Source: a virus. From it: a DNA stretch of 64,000 bases. A program made the position numbers and the translations under genes. Positions 1-9,534 of the stretch are shown here, piece after piece (within the stretch, counting starts at the first letter, position 1; every line of letters begins with the position of its first letter). Location of the stretch: IMG/VR virus record IMGVR_UViG_2927124413_000004, positions 4,417 to 68,416 of that record; one strand, written 5' to 3'. Under the pieces are notes generated by a model that did no database searches, had not been told where the DNA came from, and saw nothing but the letters and a program-made list of their open reading frames with translations.

Positions 1-185
1 CGCTCGAAATAAGTATATCCTTTCCTGACTTCTCGTAACTCCCGACGTTCTTCGAAATCGACAAAGCCCTCTTCGGATACTGCTGCCATGGGAAGAAACG
101 AGACCACGGCATCATCCGGCAGCGTCTTCGGCATGCGCGGGTTGATCTCGCAAATGTCATCAAGTCGAACGATCCGGGTGCTCAC
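1..185 (-). CDS. hsdS: Type I restriction-modification specificity subunit, N-terminal part (runs off window)
   Basis: Manual translation from GTG at 185, overlapping the hsdM stop: MSTRIVRLDDICEINPRMPKTLPDDAVVSFLPMAAVSEEG...EVRKGYTYFER. This is a typical HsdS start and lies directly after hsdM. Confidence 0.8.
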   Translation of the reverse strand, partial: MSTRIVRLDDICEINPRMPKTLPDDAVVSFLPMAAVSEEGFVDFEERRELREVRKGYTYFE

Positions 186-1723
186 AGCATGGCCTCAAGC
201 TCGTCCAGTCCTTCTGCGATCTCCTCCTCCAGCGCCTTCAATTCCGCGATGATCTTCTTCGGAGGACGATGCTCGGATGCCTCGTGCACCACTTCCTTGT
301 AACGGTTGATAGAGAGATCATACCCCGCCGCCGCAATCTCCGCCTTGGGCACGCAAAAACTTTGCGCCGTACGCGGACGTTCACGCTCGACGCCGCCGCG
401 CTTCGTCCAGCGCGCGGCAATGTCAGGCAGGTTGTTTTTCGCATGCTCGTCGTCGCTGAGCTTCGCCTTCGGGCCGATCTTTTCCGCCGGCAATAGCGCG
501 TTGCGCTTGTCGTCCAGCGAAAGCCCATCGGCCTGACAATCGTAGAACCAGACGTTGTCGGTGCCGCCGGAATTGGTCTTGGTGAACAGCACGATCGCGG
601 TCGAAACGCCGGCATAGGGCCGGAACACGCCGGACGGTAGCTTGACGATGCCGTCGAGCTTATGGTCCTCAACCAACATCCTGCGGATCGCCTTGTGGGC
701 GGTAGATGAGCCGAACAAGACGCCATCCGGAACGATCACCGCCGCGCGTCCGCCAGGCTTCAACAGCTTTAGGAACAGCGCCATGAACAGGAGCTCGGTC
801 TTTTTGGTCTTGACGATGGCAAGCAGATCCTTCGCCGTAGTCTCGTAATCGAGCGAGCCAGCAAACGGCGGATTGGCGAGCACGAGACTGTAGCGGTCTG
901 AATCGCCCGCATGTTCTTGTGCGAGCGAATCCTTGTAGCGGATGTCCGGATCGTCGACGCCGTGCAGCGTCATGTTCATCGAGCCGATGCGCAACATCGT
1001 GCCGTCGAAGTCGAAGCCGTGAAACATTTCCTCGTGAAAATGGCCGCGCGTTGCCTTCTCCTGAAAGAGCTTTGGATGATTGTCGCGCAGATATTCGCCG
1101 GCCGCGACCAGGAAGCCACAGGTGCCGCAGGCCGGATCGCAGATCACGTCCTTCGGGCCCGGCGCCGTCATCTCGACCATCAGCGCGATGATATGGCGCG
1201 GGGTGCGGAACTGGCCGTTCTGGCCCGCCGTCGCGATCTTCGACAGCATGTATTCATAGAGGTCGCCCTTGGTGTCGCGATCCTCCATCGGGATCTCGGC
1301 CAGCAGGTCGACCACCTTGGCCAGCAGCGCGGGCGTGGGAATGGTGAAGCGCGCCCCTCTCATATGCGTGGCGTGCGCGGTGCCGGCCTCGGCCATGTTG
1401 CGCAGGAAGGGAAAGACATGTTCGGAAACGATCTCGAACATCGTCGCGGGATCGCGGTTTTTCAACCGGGACCACCGCATGTCCTCGTAGGCGACGCCGC
1501 CGTTCTTCCCGATCTTGTCCTTGCCTGTCGGAAAAATGCGCCGTTCGATCGGCTTGCCGAGGCGGTTGGCTTTATTCTCCTCGCGCGTATGCGCCTCGTC
1601 GAGGCCGCGCATGAACAGGAGGTAGGTGATCTGCTCGATCACTTCGAGCGGGTTGGCAATGCCTCCCGCCCAGAACGCATTCCAAACCCCATCGATCTTG
1701 GAGCGAAGTTCCCCTGTCAGCAT
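182..1723 (-). CDS. hsdM: Type I restriction-modification N6-adenine methyltransferase subunit
   Basis: 513 aa. Starts MLTGELRSKIDGVWNAFW; has GQFRTPRHII, the DPACGTCGFL SAM motif and the NPPF catalytic motif. Confidence 0.96.
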   Translation of the reverse strand: MLTGELRSKIDGVWNAFWAGGIANPLEVIEQITYLLFMRGLDEAHTREENKANRLGKPIERRIFPTGKDKIGKNGGVAYEDMRWSRLKNRDPATMFEIVSEHVFPFLRNMAEAGTAHATHMRGARFTIPTPALLAKVVDLLAEIPMEDRDTKGDLYEYMLSKIATAGQNGQFRTPRHIIALMVEMTAPGPKDVICDPACGTCGFLVAAGEYLRDNHPKLFQEKATRGHFHEEMFHGFDFDGTMLRIGSMNMTLHGVDDPDIRYKDSLAQEHAGDSDRYSLVLANPPFAGSLDYETTAKDLLAIVKTKKTELLFMALFLKLLKPGGRAAVIVPDGVLFGSSTAHKAIRRMLVEDHKLDGIVKLPSGVFRPYAGVSTAIVLFTKTNSGGTDNVWFYDCQADGLSLDDKRNALLPAEKIGPKAKLSDDEHAKNNLPDIAARWTKRGGVERERPRTAQSFCVPKAEIAAAGYDLSINRYKEVVHEASEHRPPKKIIAELKALEEEIAEGLDELEAML

Positions 1724-1913
1724 GTCACCCCCACTGCGCGATTCGCATAGTAATAGCTGACGGGAAAGGTTTCAATCTTATGACGAAGCAGGGGGCGCCC
1801 TGCTTCGGAACGATGAGAGCACCTGCATATAGCCCCGGTTCCTTGCCCAGTGCCGGCATTAGCCGACATGCAAAGCACTGATGCCGAGGTCCGCTTCTCC
1901 CTGCAATGTGGCC

Positions 1914-2339
1914 TCACCGCTCCTCGTCCGGATGTACCCACTTGTACGGTGTAATCTCCCGCTGCTCGGTCAACTTAATCATCCGAACCGGCGGCTTGTA
2001 ACGGCGTGTGCCGCAAGACCGACATCGGAAGGAAGGCTCTAGCTTCCAGATCGGCGTGTCACGCGCCCTGCGGATAGCATCCAACGGCAAGCTCGCCCTT
2101 GTCTTACATCGGCAGCATTCGATCTCCAGCCAGCCGTAACCGCCGTTCAGGCACTGGCCGATGGTTGGGCTCGGCTGTGCTGGTCCGCCATAGCCTTCCA
2201 TGCGGACCAACCACGCTTCTGCCTCAGCTCGATCCGCCGCACGGGCGGCCTTCCTAGCCTCTTGGCGAGCCGTCTCGGCGCGCATCTTTGCGCCCATGAT
2301 CCGGCCACCCCAGATGACCTCGCGTGTCTTGGTGCTCAT
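1914..2339 (-). CDS. Conserved hypothetical Zn-ribbon protein next to the SRAP gene
   Basis: CCRC and CRSC cysteine pairs. Start placed at MSTKTREV. Confidence 0.7.
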   Translation of the reverse strand: MSTKTREVIWGGRIMGAKMRAETARQEARKAARAADRAEAEAWLVRMEGYGGPAQPSPTIGQCLNGGYGWLEIECCRCKTRASLPLDAIRRARDTPIWKLEPSFRCRSCGTRRYKPPVRMIKLTEQREITPYKWVHPDEER

Positions 2340-2552
2340 GCTGATATTACAGCGGGCCGCGATGCCCTTGCGCAATCCACGACATCTAGCTGCTCGCCCG
2401 GCCTGTATCGCTTTAGCTTGGTCAAGCGTCTCGCTGCGCTCCTGCGAGCGGTAAATTAGGAGGGCACACAACAACGGCTCGGTGTTGCCTTTGGGTAACC
2501 CTTGCTCTGCTCACTAAGCGATAAGGTCAGCCGTTTTGAGGGAGGCAGGATT

Positions 2553-2780
2553 ATGGATGTGTATTTGAACACCAGACGCGATTTGCTCGTTGTGAAGAAA
2601 GGATGTCCGATCCCTCCCGTTGCGAGGCCGGGAAGCTGGCGCAAGAGTAAAAAACGGGTTGTCCAAGTCAGCGAGGAGATTAGGTCAGCGATTCAGGCGC
2701 ACGGCTACTACATGCGCAAGCTGAGAGACCTCCAACACACCGTTTCGACAAATGTGCAACCTCTACAGCATCACGACTAA
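2553..2780 (+). CDS. Small basic hypothetical protein
   Basis: GGAGG/AGGA RBS before ATG 2553; overlaps the SRAP start. Confidence 0.6.
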   Translation: MDVYLNTRRDLLVVKKGCPIPPVARPGSWRKSKKRVVQVSEEIRSAIQAHGYYMRKLRDLQHTVSTNVQPLQHHD

Positions 2781-3414
2781 CCAAGAAGCCATTCGCGCGC
2801 TGTTCCGCGTGGTGAACCGCTATGTCGGCAACCTCGCACCGATGCCAGGCGTGTTTCCTGATTATCCCGCGCCGGTCGTTCGCAATGCGGGCACCGAACG
2901 GGAGTTAGTCCTGATGCGCTGGGGCATGCCGCCACCGCCTCGCACAGGCGGGCCGCCGGTGACCAACATTCGTAACACGTCCTCGCCGCACTGGCGTGGC
3001 TGGCTGAAGCCAGAAAGCCGTTGTCTGGTGCCGTTCAACAGCTTCGCCGAGTACTCGCCGGAGCCGAACCCCGAGACCAAGAAAAAGGACGTCGTCTGGT
3101 TCGCAATCAATGATGATCGGCCGCTGACCTGCTTCGCGGGCATCTGGACGGAGTTCAAGGGAGACCGAGGCACGAAATCGAAGCCTGTTCCGGGGCCGCA
3201 TAACGTCTACGGCTTCCTCACTACGTCACCGAACGCCGTCGTCGAGCCGATTCACCCGAAAGCCATGCCTGTCATCCTGATGACCGATGAAGAGCGCGAT
3301 GTTTGGATGCGTGCCCCATGGGATGAGGCCAAGGCGCTGCAGCGGCCGTTGTCGGACGATGCGATCAGGATCGTCGCCCGAGGTGCGGACAAGGAAGACA
3401 AGCCCGCCGCATGA
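2752..3414 (+). CDS. SOS response-associated peptidase (SRAP/YedK/HMCES family, abasic-site protection)
   Basis: N-terminal MCNLY (catalytic Cys2), [30 protein letters not shown]. Confidence 0.92.
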   Translation: MCNLYSITTNQEAIRALFRVVNRYVGNLAPMPGVFPDYPAPVVRNAGTERELVLMRWGMPPPPRTGGPPVTNIRNTSSPHWRGWLKPESRCLVPFNSFAEYSPEPNPETKKKDVVWFAINDDRPLTCFAGIWTEFKGDRGTKSKPVPGPHNVYGFLTTSPNAVVEPIHPKAMPVILMTDEERDVWMRAPWDEAKALQRPLSDDAIRIVARGADKEDKPAA

Positions 3415-3490
3415 AATACATACGGCCGCTCCGCGCTAACGGTGGGTTGACGGGGGCTTCGAGGACTTGGCTGAGCTGGGAGCCCAAGGG

Positions 3491-3826
3491 ATGCACGACC
3501 CCCATGCGGTGGCTAAGATCGTTGAAGCCTTGCGACAGGCTCATGGCGATTCCGCAACGCGGCTGATGCTGGATGTTGGAATGACCCTTGAGACGTTGAT
3601 TGACGCCCTGCTGAATGCGCCGCTCAGCCACGGTGATGCGGTACGGCTGATGACCACTGCGCTCGAAGCGGGCGACTTCGACATCACGCCGGACTTCACA
3701 ACCCGCCCGTCGCATCTCAAGTTCGTCTACGACCCGCCCGGATCACTTCGGGTGGTCGATATCGTAATGCTTACAGAACAACGCGCGTTTTCGAGCGCCG
3801 AGATTCGGCTGCGTCTTCGCTATTAA
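3491..3826 (+). CDS. Hypothetical protein
   Basis: Well-formed ORF following SRAP; no recognised motif. Confidence 0.55.
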   Translation: MHDPHAVAKIVEALRQAHGDSATRLMLDVGMTLETLIDALLNAPLSHGDAVRLMTTALEAGDFDITPDFTTRPSHLKFVYDPPGSLRVVDIVMLTEQRAFSSAEIRLRLRY

Positions 3827-3871
3827 CGAGAATGGCTGCCCTAGAACTGCTCATCGTCGGAAGACGCGAAG

Positions 3872-4060
3872 CTAATGGCGGGTTGGCCAACCTTCGAGGA
3901 CCCGACTGAAGTCCGGCTCCTCAAGCCCGTCAGCAGTAACGCATTCGCAAGGCATGCCCGCCCCACACTGACAACCCAGCTCTTCGCTCCAAGCCCGCTT
4001 CGGATGATTTTCACACACCCATCCCAGTCCGAAGCAGACAGGGCAATCAGGGTTTATCAT
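3872..4060 (-). CDS. Small Cys-rich hypothetical protein
   Basis: MINPDCPVCFGLGWVCENHP...CQCGAGMPCEC; start overlaps the end of the ligase C-terminal fragment. Confidence 0.6.
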   Translation of the reverse strand: MINPDCPVCFGLGWVCENHPKRAWSEELGCQCGAGMPCECVTADGLEEPDFSRVLEGWPTRH

Positions 4061-4150
4061 TCCGCGAAAGCCCTTTGAACGAACTGGCACGTAGTAAGCC
4101 CTCCGACGTGATGTCTCGGTATTCAACATCGGCAATGAATTTCGGTTCAA
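4047..4150 (-). pseudogene. Orphaned C-terminal fragment of the ATP-dependent DNA ligase
   Basis: Manual translation (V)EPKFIADVEYRDITSEGLLRASSFKGLSRNDKP*. Joins in frame to ...KPKATWVEP at 6964-6970 once the insertion is removed. Confidence 0.88.
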
Positions 4151-4433
4151 CCCCGCGGGTCACTTCAAATTCCTCCGGGTGTGGTCAGTCAAATTCCTCC
4201 ACCCGCGAGGCAGGACAAGGGACTGTTAGTTTGAGTTTGTTTCCCGGGCAAGAGCTTCAGCGGCTTCTTTGAGCCGATAGCTGCGTCCGTCGAACTCAAG
4301 CAGATGGCAATGATGCATAAGTGTGTTTCGGCATGGAATAAGGACCCCGTTTTCGGGGTGATCGGCATCCAATCGGGACCCCGGGATAAGGGTCCACAGT
4401 GGCTTCCATCGAGTCATGGAAGCCGAGGTTGGG

Positions 4434-5933
4434 ATGCTGGTGGTGGAGACGATTGGTAAGATCCGTCGCGCCTACTTTGTTGATGGTCGTCCGATCAAGG
4501 CGATCTGCCGAGAACTTGGCGTATCGCGGAAGGTGGTTCGCAAGGTCATTCGTTCTCAAGCGACGGAGTTCCGGTACGAGCGCGAGACGCAGCCGCTCCC
4601 GAAGATGGGTGCCTGGAGTGCCGAGCTTGATCGGTTGCTGGCAGGGAATGAGAGCAAGGCGGCGCGGGAACGGCTGACGCTGATCCGGCTATTCGAGGAG
4701 CTTCGCGGCCTGGGTTATGCCGGCGGCTATGATGCGGTTCGTCGATACGCACGACGGTGGAGCAAGGAACGCGGCACCTCGACAGCGTCGGCTTATGTGC
4801 CGCTGAGCTTTGCACCCGGCGAAGCCTACCAGTTCGACTGGAGCCACGAGGTCGTCCTGCTGAGCGGCACCACGGTGATGGTGAAGGCTGCTCATGTCCG
4901 GCTCTGTCACAGCCGCATGCTGTTCGTGCGGGCCTATCCGCGGGAGACGCAGGAGATGGTGTTCGACGCCCACGACCGGGCATTCGCCTTGTTCAAAGGC
5001 ACCTGCACCCGCGGCATCTACGACAACATGAAGACCGCGGTGGAGACGATCTTTGTCGGTAAAGGCCGTCTCTACAATCGCCGCTTCCTGCAGATGTGCA
5101 GCCACTATCTGGTCGATCCGGTCGCCTGTACGCCAGCGTCGGGCTGGGAGAAGGGGCAAGTCGAGAACCAGGTCGGGCTGGTCCGGGAACGCTTCTTCAC
5201 GCCGCGGCTGCGGTTCAAAACCCTCGACGAGTTAAACGCCTGGCTGCTCGACAAATGCATCGCCTACGCCAAGGCTCATCGCCATCCGGAGCTGACCGAT
5301 CAGACGATCTGGGACGTGTTCGAAGCCGAACGCCCCAAACTCGTTCCCTATGCCGGCCGCTTCGACGGCTTCCATGCGGTGACGGCATCGGTCTCGAAGA
5401 CCTGCCTGGTGCGCTTCGACAACAACAAGTACTCGGTCGCAGCCAGCGCAGTCGGACGACCGGTCGAGGTTCAAGCCTATGCCGATCGCATCGTGATCCG
5501 TCAGGATGGACGTATCGTTGCCGAGCACCCGCGATCATTCGGTCGCGGCGAGACGGTCTACGACCCTTGGCACTATGTGCCCGTGCTGGTGCGCAAGCCC
5601 GGTGCCTTGCGTAATGGCGCTCCCTTCAAGGACTGGGTGCTGCCCGCAGCGATTGAGCGTGTACGGCGCAAACTCGCCGGTGCCGACGATGGCAATCGAC
5701 AGATGGTCGACATCCTCAATGCGGTGCTGACAGACGGATTGCCCGCGGTGGAAGCCGCCTGCGCCGAGGCGGTCGCTCATGGCGTTCATTCCGCCGATGT
5801 CGTTCTCAATATCCTGGCCCGTCAACGTGAACCCGCCTCACCGGCCAACATCATGACGCCGGCCGCACTGACGCTCCGTCATGCACCGATCGCCGATTGT
5901 GCCCGCTACGACAACCTCCGGAGGACCATCTGA
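4434..5933 (+). CDS. istA: IS21 transposase IstA
   Basis: N-terminal HTH; [13 protein letters not shown] and [11 protein letters not shown] motifs. Confidence 0.96.
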   Translation: MLVVETIGKIRRAYFVDGRPIKAICRELGVSRKVVRKVIRSQATEFRYERETQPLPKMGAWSAELDRLLAGNESKAARERLTLIRLFEELRGLGYAGGYDAVRRYARRWSKERGTSTASAYVPLSFAPGEAYQFDWSHEVVLLSGTTVMVKAAHVRLCHSRMLFVRAYPRETQEMVFDAHDRAFALFKGTCTRGIYDNMKTAVETIFVGKGRLYNRRFLQMCSHYLVDPVACTPASGWEKGQVENQVGLVRERFFTPRLRFKTLDELNAWLLDKCIAYAKAHRHPELTDQTIWDVFEAERPKLVPYAGRFDGFHAVTASVSKTCLVRFDNNKYSVAASAVGRPVEVQAYADRIVIRQDGRIVAEHPRSFGRGETVYDPWHYVPVLVRKPGALRNGAPFKDWVLPAAIERVRRKLAGADDGNRQMVDILNAVLTDGLPAVEAACAEAVAHGVHSADVVLNILARQREPASPANIMTPAALTLRHAPIADCARYDNLRRTI

Positions 5934-6796
5934 TGGAACGAACCCAAATCTTCGACCTCATGGGCGAACTCAAGCTCTACGGCATGAAGGCTGCCTTCGA
6001 CGAGATCATGGCAACTGCCGTTAAGCGCCAGCACGAACCTCAGCGCATTGTCGGCGACCTGCTCAACGCCGAGATCAACGAGAAGCAAGCCAGGTCGATC
6101 AAATACCAGCTAACCATTGCCAAGCTGCCGCTCGCCAAGGACATCGCCGACTTCCAGTTCGACGGCACGCCGATCAATCAGACTCTCGTCAATGATCTCG
6201 CTGACGGCGGCTTCATCGCCCAACAACGCAACGTCGTGCTGGTTGGCGGCACCGGTACAGGCAAAACACACCTGGCCATTGCCGTCGCCAGAAGTTGCAT
6301 CCGCAATGGCGCTAGAGGACGCTTCTACAACGTCGTCGACCTCGTCAACCGGCTCGAGACCGAAACCCGCAACGGTCGGCAGGGACGGCTCGCCGAGCAT
6401 CTGACCCGCATGGACTTCATCGTCCTCGACGAGCTGGGCTATCTGCCGTTCGCGCAATCCGGCGGTCAGCTCTTGTTCCATCTCATCAGTCGGCTCTACG
6501 AGCGCACCTCAGTCATTGTCACCACAAATCTTGCGTTCGGCGAATGGCCGAGCGTGTTCGGCGATGCCAAAATGACCACCGCGCTACTCGACCGATTGAC
6601 CCATCACTGCGACATCGTCGAGACCGGCAACGACAGCTGGCGATTCAAAAGCCGCGACGATGTTCAAACAACCCGCGCTCGCGCCGTCTCCGCAACCCCG
6701 ACCAGCTCCGACGACCCGAGCGCTACCAGCAGAGCACGCCGATCAAAGGGGTCCCTTTTGGAGGCCGATAGGGGGTCCCAGTCAAACGCCGATTGA
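5933..6796 (+). CDS. istB: IS21 helper ATPase IstB
   Basis: GGTGTGKT Walker A, IVLDELGY Walker B, LLDRLTHH. Confidence 0.96.
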   Translation: MERTQIFDLMGELKLYGMKAAFDEIMATAVKRQHEPQRIVGDLLNAEINEKQARSIKYQLTIAKLPLAKDIADFQFDGTPINQTLVNDLADGGFIAQQRNVVLVGGTGTGKTHLAIAVARSCIRNGARGRFYNVVDLVNRLETETRNGRQGRLAEHLTRMDFIVLDELGYLPFAQSGGQLLFHLISRLYERTSVIVTTNLAFGEWPSVFGDAKMTTALLDRLTHHCDIVETGNDSWRFKSRDDVQTTRARAVSATPTSSDDPSATSRARRSKGSLLEADRGSQSNAD

Positions 6797-6963
6797 CAGA
6801 TGTCGCTTCAAGACGTTCAACTCCCCGGCCCCTTGCTGGCTAAAGGGGTCGAACATAAACGTCCTGCCTGACCGGCTACTGCTGTTCAGCGGCGCTGACG
6901 GCGATCATCAGGTGGGGGAGTTTCAAGTGACCATACCCGGGGGATTTTGACCGACCCACGGGG

Positions 6964-7772
6964 GGTTCAACCCACGTCGCCTTCGGCTTCCTGATGGCTT
7001 TGGTGAGCTTTGACTTGGGGCTGACCACCGTGTCGAGCTGCTTCCTAATCTGGCTGGAAACAGTGCGAGACCAGCCTGTTCCGACCTTGCCCATGTAAAC
7101 GAGTTCGTTGCCTTCGTTCTTGCCAAGGTATAGGGCCGCGACACCGCTAGGGTCTTTGACGAACCCGATGACCGGAAACTTGCCCTTGTGAACGGCCTTG
7201 ATCTTCAACCAGTTCTCATTTCGCTCGGACCGATACGGCGCATCTGCTCGTTTGGAAATAATGCCTTCCCAATTCAGCTTGGCCGCATGCTCAAACATCT
7301 TCTGCCCATCGCCGACGAGATGCTCGGAAAACAGCACCGGCAGCTCGATGTCGTTTTCGCCGAGCAGGTCTAACAAGAGCTGTTTCCGCTCGATCTGCGG
7401 CAGCCTGCGGAGGTCGCCATTGCGCCAGAGAATATCGAATGCATAGTAGATGAGGCGGCCCTGCCTGCCCGCAGCCAGCTCTGCCTGAAGCTCAGAGAAG
7501 TTGGTACGCCCTTCGTGGACGACCACTACCTCGCCGTCGATGATGGCCTCGCCTTGGATTGCCAGCGCACCCGCAATCTCGGTGAAGCGCTTGGTCCAGT
7601 CCAGCCCCGTGCGGGTGAAGACTTTCTTCCTTCCCCGGTTGAGATGGACCTGAATGCGGTAGCCGTCGTACTTGATCTCATGAAGCCACTGGTCGCCCTT
7701 CGGCGCCCTGGACTTCAATGTTGCAAGCTGGGGCTTAATGAACCCCGGCATGGTTTGAATATGCTTCGTCAA
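6964..7772 (-). pseudogene. ATP-dependent DNA ligase (stand-alone LigD/LigC-type ligase domain), interrupted by IS
   Basis: HEIKYDGYR adenylation motif, IIDGEVV, YYAFDIL, WEGIISK, WLKIK. Reading frame runs into the IS end after TWVEP. Confidence 0.9.
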
Positions 7773-8092
7773 TAACGCAACTCACAAAAAGCCCGCCCCA
7801 CCTGGATGGGCAACGGCGGGCATTTTACTGAATTCCAGGGATTCCCGAACAATCAGGGGACGTGATCCTTCCTGCCACCACCAACACTATTGCTTGTTCA
7901 GGGCTAATCCCGATTGCCCGTAGCGGCGAGCCTTTGAGTTTGCTCTCAACAGGCGGAATCGCGACCTTGCGGCGGACCGCCTCGTCGCCCCGGAGTGGTC
8001 ATCTGCCCGCATGCAAAAAATGAGAGTCCAAAAGCCGGCCTCGCGGTGTAGCCTTCGGCCCGTACCAGTGGAGTTGCGTGATGGGTATATTG

Positions 8093-8422
8093 ATGCCGTC
8101 GATCGTTCCGGGCGCACCAGAGGATTATTATATCGTTCTCAACCACTACGGCGTGTACGGACCAGCGTTTGCGGAAACCGATCTTTACCGCGCCGACTAT
8201 GAGACCACCATCAGCGATCTGCTCAGCGGACAGCATTCCGATCCGCTGCGGGTGATCATGTTCAACCCCGAGACCAATCGCTCGGAAGATGTCTCGCATG
8301 CCGTGGCTCAGGAGCTGCTCCGCCGCCTCGGGCTGAAGGGCGATCCGGTGCCGCGCGCCCTCGAAGACTTCATCGATCGCCACGCCGGATCCGACCGCCA
8401 GCTCACGCTGCGGCTGGCTTAA
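8093..8422 (+). CDS. Hypothetical protein
   Basis: Well-formed ORF; resembles small rhizobial conserved hypotheticals. Confidence 0.65.
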   Translation: MPSIVPGAPEDYYIVLNHYGVYGPAFAETDLYRADYETTISDLLSGQHSDPLRVIMFNPETNRSEDVSHAVAQELLRRLGLKGDPVPRALEDFIDRHAGSDRQLTLRLA

Positions 8423-8430
8423 AGGGGGCG

Positions 8431-8640
8431 ATGAACCGCGACGCCATCGAGACTGAACTCGCCGTGATCGAGCTGATCCTGCAGGATGATCAGCTCAAGG
8501 ACGAGGACCGCGCCGCGCTGCATGGCGCCAGCCAGGCGTTGCGTCATGTGCTCGGTCCAGACACCTGGCACCCGGCAAGCCAGACGTTCTATCGTGTCGA
8601 TGACCGGCCGATCGAGTCGCCGAGCCGCAAGCGGCACTGA
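8431..8640 (+). CDS. Small hypothetical protein
   Basis: AGGGGG RBS; follows the preceding gene directly. Confidence 0.55.
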   Translation: MNRDAIETELAVIELILQDDQLKDEDRAALHGASQALRHVLGPDTWHPASQTFYRVDDRPIESPSRKRH

Positions 8641-8655
8641 TCTCGACGCTGTTGG

Positions 8656-9222
8656 TCATTCGGTCACCACCATCCTTGCCTCGCCGCCCAGCGCCTGCAC
8701 GATGTCGGTCAGCGAATGCTGCTTCTCCTGCTTCGTCGGCATCACCTGGGAATCGATCTCATGCCATTGGCCGTCCGGTGCCATCTGCGGCGGAATGATC
8801 GTCACCGCTTCTCGCGCGATCCCGTAGCGCACCAGCCCGATGATGCCCTGCTCGGCGCGGCGGCTCAGATAGCGGCGCAGCGCCGGATCGCGGTGGGCAT
8901 CGGCATGTCTCGGATCGCACCAGATCTGCACGACCTGGATATTCTGCCGCGCGCCGCTGTCGTCGTTCTGGATCGAGATGAAGTCGGGCATGAGGTCGAC
9001 GACGTAATGCGAGCGATCAGGCCGCGACAGATCGGCGGTGTCGTCATTGACCAGCCAGCGACAATTCCAGATCGCACATTCCGGCGGCATCCGCGCGGTG
9101 TGATAGACCGAGCAACCCTTGTGGAATTTCTGGAAGCGGCAGCTCTCGCCGGCCTTCTTGCCCAGCGGCGGCACCGGCAGCAGCCTGCAGCACAGCTGGC
9201 AGTCACCGCATTGCCGCATCAT
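8656..9222 (-). CDS. Cys-cluster protein (YkgJ-like CxxCxxCC)
   Basis: CGDCQLCC, then C..., CSVY...P.EC..W.C.W. Confidence 0.65.
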   Translation of the reverse strand: MMRQCGDCQLCCRLLPVPPLGKKAGESCRFQKFHKGCSVYHTARMPPECAIWNCRWLVNDDTADLSRPDRSHYVVDLMPDFISIQNDDSGARQNIQVVQIWCDPRHADAHRDPALRRYLSRRAEQGIIGLVRYGIAREAVTIIPPQMAPDGQWHEIDSQVMPTKQEKQHSLTDIVQALGGEARMVVTE

Positions 9223-9521
9223 CGTTGGTACCGATCTGGTCGATTGGCGTGGTTCATCGTGTCATAGGCCTTCGTCAGTGCCTCGGGGGTCTGCTTCGCC
9301 TTGAATGCAAACCATGCCGTCTTGAAGCGCTCCTTGGCTTCGCCGATCGACTTCGCGTCACCGAACGGCGGGCCAGGAATGTGAACGGTGACGTTCCACA
9401 GCCAGATGCCGGGGCTGCGTTCCTTGGCATAGCGGATGCGGCCGATCAGCTGGCCGTCCTCAAAGACGCTGTAGTCATTGACGCCGATCAGACGCATGGT
9501 CAGAAGTGCCATCCCGTGCAA
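9219..9521 (-). CDS. Hypothetical protein
   Basis: ORF tightly coupled between luxR and the Cys-cluster gene. Confidence 0.6.
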   Translation of the reverse strand: MHGMALLTMRLIGVNDYSVFEDGQLIGRIRYAKERSPGIWLWNVTVHIPGPPFGDAKSIGEAKERFKTAWFAFKAKQTPEALTKAYDTMNHANRPDRYQR

Positions 9522-9534
9522 ACCTTTTCCTTAT

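Larger units (their letters stand above)
4322..6798 (+). mobile_element. Inner intact IS21-family insertion sequence
   Basis: Ends TGTGTTTCGGC..AGGACCCC and TGTCAATCGGC..GGGACCCC (reverse complement) with repeated GGACCCC boxes; carries istA-istB. No target duplication visible. Confidence 0.92.
4151..6963 (-). mobile_element. Outer IS21-family element, internally deleted (only the ends remain)
   Basis: 7-bp target duplication GGTTCAA at 4144-4150 and 6964-6970. Imperfect terminal IRs CCCCGYGGGTC with internal TCAAA(T/A)TCC repeats. istA start MNVLKRH at about 6799-6820; istB end LMHHCHLLEFDGRSYRLKEAAE...* at 4226-4321. Confidence 0.85.

Noticed and set aside
4310-6810. Target-site duplication for the inner IS21
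   Set aside because: The flanks (GCATAAG versus GATGTCG) do not match; reported instead as evidence of deletion.
7782-7860. Hairpin and GAAC-N7-GGAC upstream of the ligase as a LexA box or ncRNA
   Set aside because: One mismatch to consensus, and the hairpin is adequately explained as a terminator; not enough support.
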